Shown: positions 17,949 to 25,628 of the stretch, one piece after another | Layout: each line of letters starts with the position of its first letter | Numbering within the stretch: position 1 is the first letter of the stretch | Notes under the pieces: model-generated | Seen by the model: only the letters and a program-made list of their open reading frames with translations | Databases searched by the model: none | What the model was told of the DNA's origin: nothing | Source of the DNA: Coprothermobacterota bacterium | GTDB lineage: Bacteria; Coprothermobacterota; HKB111 | DNA: 35,797 bases | Assembly (NCBI GenBank): GCA_037440465.1 | Contig: JBBIUB010000014.1 | Location: 1 to 35,797, forward strand | Reading direction: 5' to 3' | Translations under genes and position numbers: made by a program

Positions 17949-18696
17949 TGGAAATCACCTCTTCAGCCAGGGCTTCATAAGCTACAGCACCCCTGGATTC
18001 AGGAGCATAATACATTATTGGTTTCCCAAAGCTTGGAGCTTCACTTAACCTGACACTTCGGGGGATTACAGTTGTAAAAACCCTGTCAGGAAAATATTCC
18101 CTTACCTCTTCTGCTACCTGCTTTGATAAAGAAGTACGGGAGTCGAACATCGTCAACAGTATTTTCCAGATATCTATGTTAGGGTTAAGATACTTTCTTA
18201 ACCTCTTTAAAGTAGTAATAAGCTGGCTAACCCCTTCAAGAGCGTAATATTCGCATTGAATGGGAACAAGTATCTTATCAGCTGCCACCATAGTATTAAT
18301 AGTTAAAAGGCCAAGAGTTGGGGGCGAATCAATAAAAACATAATCGTATCCATCCACCTCATTCTTAACAGCTTCTTTTAACCTACTTTCTCTCGCCAGT
18401 ACGGATACCAGTTCCATTTCAACAGCCACCAGGTCAATGTGGGATGGAACAATATCTAAACCTTGAACATCAGTGCCTATTACTGTATCTTTTATGGGAA
18501 ATTCATTAATTATTACATCGTAGGTGCTTTTAGCAACCTTTAATTTATCTACTCCCAAACCACTGGTTGCATTAGCCTGCGGGTCTGTATCTATGATTAG
18601 TACTTTCTTACCTTTCTTTGTTAGATAGGCGCCAAGGTTAACCACTGTGGTGGTTTTACCAACGCCCCCTTTCTGGTTTGCCACTGCAATAATCAT
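17938..18696 (-). CDS. parA: Chromosome partitioning ATPase ParA/Soj
   Basis: NQKGGVGKTT deviant Walker A, DPQANAT, DSPP, QCEYYALEG, LSEAPSFG. Confidence 0.96.
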   Translation of the reverse strand: MIIAVANQKGGVGKTTTVVNLGAYLTKKGKKVLIIDTDPQANATSGLGVDKLKVAKSTYDVIINEFPIKDTVIGTDVQGLDIVPSHIDLVAVEMELVSVLARESRLKEAVKNEVDGYDYVFIDSPPTLGLLTINTMVAADKILVPIQCEYYALEGVSQLITTLKRLRKYLNPNIDIWKILLTMFDSRTSLSKQVAEEVREYFPDRVFTTVIPRSVRLSEAPSFGKPIMYYAPESRGAVAYEALAEEVISIEE

Positions 18697-18841
18697 TCCT
18701 TTATAATCCTCTCTTTTTTAGATTCATAATCCAAATTAACTAAATTATTTTACACCCAATAGCCTTGTAATGTATTCATTTTTTCCCCCATTTAGTTGCT
18801 AAGCAGGGTTGGAGGATGCCAAGACCAGTGATTTGTGATTA

Positions 18842-20266
18842 TTAAAACCTGTAAATCCATACCGGATAAGGGGTATTCTCACCAAAAGGAAGTTCCAGGT
18901 TGGCATTAGATTTCAGCCATATTTTAATCTTCGCCTGCGGGTCATAAATAGAAGCTTTATCTTTCCTATAACGGTCAACACCTGTATAAATTACCCAGTT
19001 GACTTTGCCTTTCATTCTCTCAAGTATAACTAAAGCTCTTTTAAGATTATCATCTTTCATAACAAAAGAGGGAAGGTCAGGAGGAGAAAGAACTACGAAA
19101 TTGTCAACCGTTATTTCAGAATACCAGGACATTCTTAGAGCTTCATAAGGAGTTAAAACTACTACCTGGTTACCTTCTTTAAGTTGAGATTTAATATATA
19201 GTTGGGCAGAACGAGAACCTGAAGATTCAGGATAGTAATGGTAAGAGAGGTTAAATGTAAATAGAGTAAGAGCTAAAAGAGTAAATATACCAACCCTTAT
19301 AAATTTACCCTTAATCAGAGAAAGACCTCTTCCTAAACCCAATGCATAAAAAGGAATCAGAAAAGCCATGTGGGGAAATGTTAAGAAGGGTTCTCTATAA
19401 GTCATAATATAAAATAAAAGAAGATTAAGGGGTAAAAATAAAGTCAGAATTAATGACCATCTTCTTGAAGAACGAGGAACAACAAGGAAAATTATAGCTA
19501 AACAACTTATTATTGCTGAAGACCACCAGTATGCTGCTGGTAGGTGAAGAAGATTATAATTCCAGAGTATTCCTCCCCAAAGCCGTGGCCAGAAATTGAC
19601 AAAAGGTAAACCCCAGTTTCTCCCAAGATTAGTTTTTATAATCAATTGTGACCAAAAGAAAGAAATCCAGGGCAAATAAATCAACAGCGAGAGAGCGAGA
19701 GGTAGAACGGTAAGTTTTATCTTTTTGTATAGTATTGAAGAAATTAGAATATATCCCCAGAGAAGAATTCCCCAGTTATGTGTATAAAGAGCCATGGCGA
19801 GAGAACCACCTAAGCCAAGTTGATACAAAAATTTCTTTTCTTCCAAGACCTTGAAGAACAGGTAAAAAGAAAGAAGGGTTAAGAATGTGAAGAACGGATA
19901 CATGCGTACATCTCTGGAAACGAAGATGTGAAGTGGCAGGAAAGCTAAAGCCAGGCTACTCCAGAAAGCTGTTTCTTCTTCATAAATCATCTTACCCAGT
20001 TTAAAAAGAAGAAGAATTGATAAAAAACCAAACAGGACAGATAAGGATTTCACTACCAGATCAGTATAACCAAATAATTTAGTTGATAAAGAGAGAATAA
20101 GATAGTAAAGAGGAGGGTGAAAATCACCAACTATATAACTCCATATGGAAGACCAGGGTAACCGTGTCAAAGATGCTGAAAATAATCCGTCTCCTGATAA
20201 AGGCTCTTTAAGAAGAAGAAAGAATAAATTAAAGATGGCAAATACTGAAATAATAAATATTTTCAC
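18842..20266 (-). CDS. Multi-pass membrane GT-C glycosyltransferase (GT39/ArnT/PMT-like)
   Basis: Many hydrophobic segments, D.HPPLYY, S.DVRMY, ALYTH, LPW motifs. GTG start overlaps the rpoN stop (GTGA). Confidence 0.75.
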   Translation of the reverse strand: MKIFIISVFAIFNLFFLLLKEPLSGDGLFSASLTRLPWSSIWSYIVGDFHPPLYYLILSLSTKLFGYTDLVVKSLSVLFGFLSILLLFKLGKMIYEEETAFWSSLALAFLPLHIFVSRDVRMYPFFTFLTLLSFYLFFKVLEEKKFLYQLGLGGSLAMALYTHNWGILLWGYILISSILYKKIKLTVLPLALSLLIYLPWISFFWSQLIIKTNLGRNWGLPFVNFWPRLWGGILWNYNLLHLPAAYWWSSAIISCLAIIFLVVPRSSRRWSLILTLFLPLNLLLFYIMTYREPFLTFPHMAFLIPFYALGLGRGLSLIKGKFIRVGIFTLLALTLFTFNLSYHYYPESSGSRSAQLYIKSQLKEGNQVVVLTPYEALRMSWYSEITVDNFVVLSPPDLPSFVMKDDNLKRALVILERMKGKVNWVIYTGVDRYRKDKASIYDPQAKIKIWLKSNANLELPFGENTPYPVWIYRF

Positions 20267-21537
20267 GAAGGTGTATGCCTTCTTCTTCTAACTGGAAAGC
20301 CTGCTTCTTTTCTATATTTAGCTACGGTTCTACGAGCTACCTTGATTCCCTTTTCTTTTAGAAGTTGAGACACCGCCAGATCTGTGAGTTCTGGATTGGC
20401 TTTTAAAATCCCGGTAATGTTAGCTATCAATTGAGCTTTAATCATATCTTCTCCCACAAAACTTGTCTGGATAAGCGAGCGAAGAGAAACCAAACCCCGA
20501 GGAGTCTTTATCAACTTATTTTTCACAGCTCTACTAACAGTAGACTGGTGGAGATTGAGAGAACCTCCAATCTCTCCTTCTGTTAAAGGTTCCGGGAAGC
20601 TCTTTTTCCCTATTAAGAACGGACTCTGTTTTTGGACTATAAAGTAAATCACCCTTCTTAAAGTATTTCTTCTTTTATCAAGGGCTCTCAAAATCTCCTT
20701 TGCCCTGTTAAATTTTCCTTTGAGGTAAGTAAGGGCTTCTCCCTTAGCTTCCTGCATAACAGGTATGTACTCTTTGCTTAAAATAATAGTCCTGGATTCT
20801 CGAGTTAAACTAACCTCCAAACCCCTTTCTTCCAATACTTGTACAACAGCATCTATTACTTCCCCGGTAAGAGCAGACCCTCCAAAATTGTAAGCTGGAT
20901 AGGCTGGAATAGTTTTGAATAGAGAAAATATATGATTGTATTCTATCTTAGCCTTCTCAGCATCTTTATCAAGTAGCTGGAAAACCTCTTCTAATTCATT
21001 CTTGCTTATTAAATCTTTTCCTAAGAATGATAGTTGGAAAAGAAGGTATTCCTCAAGATTTATAGAAGCTGAACCAAGACCATCTATGGACATCAACTCT
21101 CTCCTCACCTCTTCAACTTTATTTAGAGGTAGAGAATATGAGTTTGCTATCTCAGCAGGAGTGGACTCTAAAAAACCCAGAGGTGAGATGTTTCTACTAA
21201 TTAATAAAGCTATCTCCTGATCTTCACCTTTAAAAACAGCTTTTATTTGATCTTCCAGATACCCCGGATAAGATGGTGGAGGTGTAGCTACCCACTCAAG
21301 AGAATCTGTGGATTCCAGAGATTCTAAAGGTTCTCTCATATCATCTTCTATCTCCTCGGATTCCTCTACCCCTTCTTCACCCACCATTTCCAGAAAGGGG
21401 TTTTCAAGGCATTCATTCTCCAAAAATGCTATCAGTTCAAGTATGGGCATAGTTAGAATATCCAGAGAAAGTCTCACCTCTGGAGTAAGCAAAATCTGTT
21501 TTTTTAACTGATTCTCTAACCCTGACCCGACTTCCAC
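20263..21537 (-). CDS. rpoN: RNA polymerase sigma-54 factor
   Basis: RpoN box ARRTVAKYR, HQSTVSRA..K...TPRG HTH, region I L..L...EL...ENPFLE. Confidence 0.92.
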   Translation of the reverse strand: MEVGSGLENQLKKQILLTPEVRLSLDILTMPILELIAFLENECLENPFLEMVGEEGVEESEEIEDDMREPLESLESTDSLEWVATPPPSYPGYLEDQIKAVFKGEDQEIALLISRNISPLGFLESTPAEIANSYSLPLNKVEEVRRELMSIDGLGSASINLEEYLLFQLSFLGKDLISKNELEEVFQLLDKDAEKAKIEYNHIFSLFKTIPAYPAYNFGGSALTGEVIDAVVQVLEERGLEVSLTRESRTIILSKEYIPVMQEAKGEALTYLKGKFNRAKEILRALDKRRNTLRRVIYFIVQKQSPFLIGKKSFPEPLTEGEIGGSLNLHQSTVSRAVKNKLIKTPRGLVSLRSLIQTSFVGEDMIKAQLIANITGILKANPELTDLAVSQLLKEKGIKVARRTVAKYRKEAGFPVRRRRHTPS

Positions 21538-22349
21538 CGAATAAGTCTCCTTAATCTGTGATTAACAGCTGAACGGGTGAGGTTAAGTTCTCTGGCTAAC
21601 TCCTCAAGTGTATATTCTGGATACTTCAGTCTTGCTTCTACCATCTCTTTTAAGGCGAATGGCAATCTATACAGTTCACCATCTTCTACCAGCTTCTCAA
21701 ATATAACTCTTTGTCTTGATGCTGCCTGAAAAGAACGATAGGTATTAGCTATATCGTAGTTTACAAGAACTTGTGTCTGGCTTCTAACCTGCCTTCTCAA
21801 GGCAGTGTCATGGATGAATAAAGCGGTGTCCACCGCACCAATAACCACAAAAAAATGGATGATGGTGTCAAGATTCTTCAGGTAAAATACCTGTCGCCCC
21901 CTCCGTTCATAACTCTTGAAATCCACTCCAGTCAATCTGGTTGCAGTTTGAAATAAATCATCACTTTTATCAGAAGAAATGATTTCAAGATGATAACCTT
22001 GCTTACCAAGAGAGAGATAGCCTGATACCAGAAAGGCACCACGCATATAAGCTCCTGCCTCTTCTTCATTCATATATTCCTGAGGTAGAGCTTCCTGAGG
22101 TATAAAAGCCAGGTAACCTTCTGGTTTCCTTTTAAGAGCAACTCCCTTCTTCTTAAAAAGATTAGCCAGTCCCCTGAACTTAAGAATTTCCCGTTGTGAA
22201 AAAAGAATTGCACCAGGCTCAATAGTTTTACCAAAATTCACAAAAGCTTTAAGCTCCCACATGCTTTCTTTCTCTGATATTTGAGAACCCCAAATTTTAG
22301 AAACCAGCTCTTCCCTGGCAAACTCTGTGACATTGCGTTGATTAAACAC
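21516..22349 (-). CDS. whiA: DNA-binding protein WhiA (divergent)
   Basis: YMRGAFL..G...YHLEI degenerate LAGLIDADG fold, N...AN, C-terminal HTH RSAVNHRLRRL; follows rapZ. Confidence 0.85.
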   Translation of the reverse strand: MFNQRNVTEFAREELVSKIWGSQISEKESMWELKAFVNFGKTIEPGAILFSQREILKFRGLANLFKKKGVALKRKPEGYLAFIPQEALPQEYMNEEEAGAYMRGAFLVSGYLSLGKQGYHLEIISSDKSDDLFQTATRLTGVDFKSYERRGRQVFYLKNLDTIIHFFVVIGAVDTALFIHDTALRRQVRSQTQVLVNYDIANTYRSFQAASRQRVIFEKLVEDGELYRLPFALKEMVEARLKYPEYTLEELARELNLTRSAVNHRLRRLIRWKSGQG

Positions 22350-22378
22350 TTAGTTAGTTCCCACCTCTATTTTAGAGG

Positions 22379-23236
22379 CTAAGCCTTCCCTCTCCCTATG
22401 TCCCTGTGAAAGATACGGGTAAAATAATCTTTCTCATCCAGCAATCTCTTCAATCTTTCACCAACAAAAACTGCTCTGTGCATACCACCTGAACAACCGA
22501 TAGCCAGGTGAAGTACTGCTTTACCTTCCTTTCTGTACATAGGAAGAAGATATGACAGATAATCAATAGTCCTGTTCAGAAAATCACCGGTTTCTCCACT
22601 TCCTTCAATAAACGTCTGGACTAAATCGTTTTTACCATCAAGAGGAGCCAATTCGTCAACATAATAAGGGTTGGGCAAAAACCTAACATCCAGAACTAAA
22701 TCAGCATCTTGTGGAATGCCATATTTAAAACCAAAGGTTAGAATGTTCACCTCAAAAGGGGCTTCTCCTGTTTTTTGAAGAGCATCTTTAATTTTCTCCT
22801 TGAATTCCTTAACAGAAAGAAAGGTAGTGTCAACTATAAGGGTGGCTATCTCTCTTAGAGGCTGAAGCCTTCTTCGTTCTTCTTCTATGGCTTCCATCAA
22901 TCCACCTTCTTCTTCAAAGGGATGCCTTCTTCTGCTTAAAGCAAACCTTTCCAAAAGAATTTGGGTAGATGCTTCCAAGAAAACAATCTCGTAGGTTCCC
23001 CCTTTATCCTTGATATCGTGCAGGATTCGTAGAAACTGGTTACTATCAAAGCCTACCCTTGTATCTATAGAAAGGGCCATCCGCTTAAGGAGTTCATCTT
23101 TCATAAGAGTATTAATAACACGAAACATTATAGAAACAGGGATACTGCTGGCTGTGTAAAAACCCAGATCTTCTAAGGTATTAAGGCAGGTGGTTTTACC
23201 TGCTCCTGATAAACCTGCTACGAATACTATTTTCAT
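22379..23236 (-). CDS. rapZ: RNase adapter RapZ/YvcJ
   Basis: GLSGAGKT, LEDLGF, RR.HP, FGFKYGIP.DAD.V.DVRFLPNPY, IGC.GG.HR. Confidence 0.94.
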   Translation of the reverse strand: MKIVFVAGLSGAGKTTCLNTLEDLGFYTASSIPVSIMFRVINTLMKDELLKRMALSIDTRVGFDSNQFLRILHDIKDKGGTYEIVFLEASTQILLERFALSRRRHPFEEEGGLMEAIEEERRRLQPLREIATLIVDTTFLSVKEFKEKIKDALQKTGEAPFEVNILTFGFKYGIPQDADLVLDVRFLPNPYYVDELAPLDGKNDLVQTFIEGSGETGDFLNRTIDYLSYLLPMYRKEGKAVLHLAIGCSGGMHRAVFVGERLKRLLDEKDYFTRIFHRDIGRGKA

Positions 23237-23265
23237 AATCTCCCCTAGCCCCGATCACTTTTCAT

Positions 23266-23331
23266 CTCCCCCTTTTCTAAAAGGGGATTAAGTGGTAACT
23301 CCACCTTTTTTAAAGGGGGGTTGAGGGGGAT
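23266..23331 (-). repeat. Two tandem 33-bp palindromic units (CCCCTTT-N-AAAGGGG type)
   Basis: Minus strand ATCCCCCTCAACCCCCCTTTAAAAAAGGTGGAG followed by TTACCACTTAATCCCCTTTTAGAAAAGGGGGAG. Confidence 0.7.
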
Positions 23332-23664
23332 CATAAAAGAGGGAAACTCTATCGTTATTTTCTTAATGAGAAATAACGATAGGTGCTTGAGAATACCCAT
23401 ATCAAAACTTAAATGATTTTTCAAGCTATTAATATAATATGCTCTTGGCATATAAATCCATATCTCCAGAAAGGTGGGTAATATATCATATTTTTCTTGC
23501 TGTGCATCAGTAATATTCTACCCTACTGTGAAAGTTTCTACAAGGTTCACAATATGATTAAACTCAATATTACTATCCATACCTATCTGGATATAGTTGT
23601 TCAACACTAAGTTCTTTTGCTATCCTTCAACGCCATTTAAGGGCATAAGTTTGATAGATGATGT

Positions 23665-24771
23665 TTAAGAAAAAGTAGCCTGTCCCCAATTTGATGCATT
23701 CTTATACTCTTTTATCAAAGATTCCATCAATTCTTTAACAGATATTATTCCCTCTGCTCTATAAGCATTCTCTCCAGCAAATGCAAATCCATCTTCTAAA
23801 TTTCCTTTCATGGCATTTAGTAAAGCGAGAGCGATGCAATAAGGGCTGTTTACATAATCACAGGTGATTATACAATGATAAGGACATTTAAATGGTTTTT
23901 TCCCCCCTTTATTAACATCATCAATAAACTTATTTTTAATTGCCCTTCCTAGCATGCCAACCGGGCTTTTGATAATCACGATATCTTCTTTTTTTGAATC
24001 TATATAAGTTTGCTTAAACTTTACTGAAGCATCACACTCATAAGTGGTAACAAAACGAGTTGCCACTTGCACCCCAGAAGCACCTAATTGTAAGATATTA
24101 TAAATATCTTCTCCTGTATATATACCTCCAGCGGCAATTACCGGGATAGGCTTCTTATACTTTTCCTCAAATGGTTTTACCGTTTGAATCACTTCGGGGA
24201 TAAGTTTTTCTAAAGAATAATCTGGATCGTTAATATTCTCTACTTTGAAACCGAGGTGTCCTCCCGCTAGTGGTCCTTCTACGACTATAGCATCTGGAAG
24301 GTAGTTATATTTTTCTGACCATCTTTTAGACACGATGCTTGCTGCCCGTCCAGAAGAAACAATGGGAACCAACTTCGTCTTTGTACTTCCTTTTAAATAC
24401 TCTGGAAGGTTGAGTGGAAGCCCAGCTCCGGAAAAGATGATGTCTATCTTCTCCTCAATAGCAGTTCTTACCATATCAGCAAAATTTGTTAAAGCCACCA
24501 TTATATTAACACCAAGAATTCCTCGGGTTAATTCTCGGGCTTTTCTGATTTCCGTCTTTAATGCTCTAATATTTGCTTCCAACCATTTCGTTGCAAAATC
24601 AGGTTCAAGCATGCCAATACCTGCAGTAGCAATAACACCGACACCACCTTCGTTAGCTACTGCGGATGCCAGTCTGGATAGGGAAATCCCAACTCCCATT
24701 CCTCCTTGAATTATCGGAAGTTTTGCTGTCAAATCTCCTATTATTAATTCTTTTAGTTCGTAAGCATTCAT
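23665..24771 (-). CDS. Nitronate monooxygenase/FabK-family FMN flavoprotein with Cys cluster (FabX-like)
   Basis: PIIQGGMGVG, VEGP.AGGHLG, VIAAGGI, GVQ.ATRF, CPYHCIITC...YC. Confidence 0.85.
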   Translation of the reverse strand: MNAYELKELIIGDLTAKLPIIQGGMGVGISLSRLASAVANEGGVGVIATAGIGMLEPDFATKWLEANIRALKTEIRKARELTRGILGVNIMVALTNFADMVRTAIEEKIDIIFSGAGLPLNLPEYLKGSTKTKLVPIVSSGRAASIVSKRWSEKYNYLPDAIVVEGPLAGGHLGFKVENINDPDYSLEKLIPEVIQTVKPFEEKYKKPIPVIAAGGIYTGEDIYNILQLGASGVQVATRFVTTYECDASVKFKQTYIDSKKEDIVIIKSPVGMLGRAIKNKFIDDVNKGGKKPFKCPYHCIITCDYVNSPYCIALALLNAMKGNLEDGFAFAGENAYRAEGIISVKELMESLIKEYKNASNWGQATFS

Positions 24772-25047
24772 AAATGATGGTATCCGAAGTTCACATCGTT
24801 CTCCTTTTGGTTTAATTATATAGTACCACTATGGATATACCACAATTAAAATGAAACGCCAAATTATTACTCAAAAATAAATGAGACGGGAGGCTATCCC
24901 ATAATTTCTGTAAATTGCAATTTGTCTTTGCAACACCACACCTATTTGAGATTTTTCAATTTTACAATAATTTATCCGCACGAAATTCATAAACTATCAT
25001 CTTATAATAACATTTAGGGACAGCCTTACGGTTTTTTGAATTGTCTT

Positions 25048-25560
25048 TTAAATATGAAAGTTTGAGAATGTCAAATGCGTAGACCTGACCCCATTTTCAA
25101 GGTTGAGCAGGTACTCTTTAACAGATAGACCTCCTCCAAATCCACCTAATCCGTTCACTCCTACTACCCTATGGCAGGGAATTATTATGGAGAAAGGATT
25201 ATTAGCCATAGCCTGACCGACGCTGCGGGCAGAACCTCCAGCGAATATGCTTAACTCTTTGTAAGTTATAACCTTTCCATAAGGTACTTTTTCCTTTAAG
25301 GTGATATACACCTTTTTTCGGTAGGGTGTAACACTTTCTAAATCCAGAGGTACTGTGAAATCTTTTCCTTTTCCCGATAAATAAGCCTTTATTTCTCTTT
25401 GAAGGAGAAGGGTATTATCCACAGTTTTATAAACTTCTCCTTCCTTTAAGTCTCTTTCTACAAGTGAAATCTCTGCAAGCAAACCTTCTGGAGTGAAAAA
25501 AGCCTGACCTCTACCCCAGGGGAAATCTAAATAACTACAATACTTTTGAGCTTTACCCAT
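25048..25560 (-). CDS. ogt: Methylated-DNA-protein-cysteine methyltransferase
   Basis: VPYG...TY, ARSVGQA, NP...IPCHRVV active site, GGF.GG...K..LL.LE. Confidence 0.93.
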   Translation of the reverse strand: MGKAQKYCSYLDFPWGRGQAFFTPEGLLAEISLVERDLKEGEVYKTVDNTLLLQREIKAYLSGKGKDFTVPLDLESVTPYRKKVYITLKEKVPYGKVITYKELSIFAGGSARSVGQAMANNPFSIIIPCHRVVGVNGLGGFGGGLSVKEYLLNLENGVRSTHLTFSNFHI

Positions 25561-25592
25561 TATAACCTCCTTTGTTTTATTGTTGATGCATT

Positions 25593-25628
25593 CCCCTCCT
25601 CCTACCTCCTCCCTTCTTGGGAGGAGAG
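25593..25628 (+). repeat. Palindromic unit spanning the uvrC stop codon
   Basis: CCCCTCCTCCTACCTCCTCCCTTCTTGGGAGGAGAG; 8-bp stem CTCCTCCC/GGGAGGAG; shares CCCTCCTCCTACCTCCT with the minus-strand glyS unit. Confidence 0.7.

Noticed and set aside
18798..18822. Sigma-54 promoter upstream of parA (TTGGCAT...TGC on the minus strand)
   Set aside because: GG-to-GC spacing is 14 nt rather than the required 10.
21516..22349. Mobile LAGLIDADG homing endonuclease
   Set aside because: The C-terminal HTH and the position after rapZ identify it as the domesticated WhiA.
23266..23331. Mini CRISPR array
   Set aside because: Only two abutting degenerate units, with no spacers and no cas genes.
23245..23451. 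68-aa ORF as a functional gene
   Set aside because: No SD or family signature. The PLNPPLKK/PLNPLLEKG repeats are simply the translation of the DNA palindromes.
23518..23520. Pyrrolysine or TAG recoding
   Set aside because: TAG ends genuine genes here (uvrC, uvrB, rapZ, whiA, rpsA), and no pyl genes are in the window.
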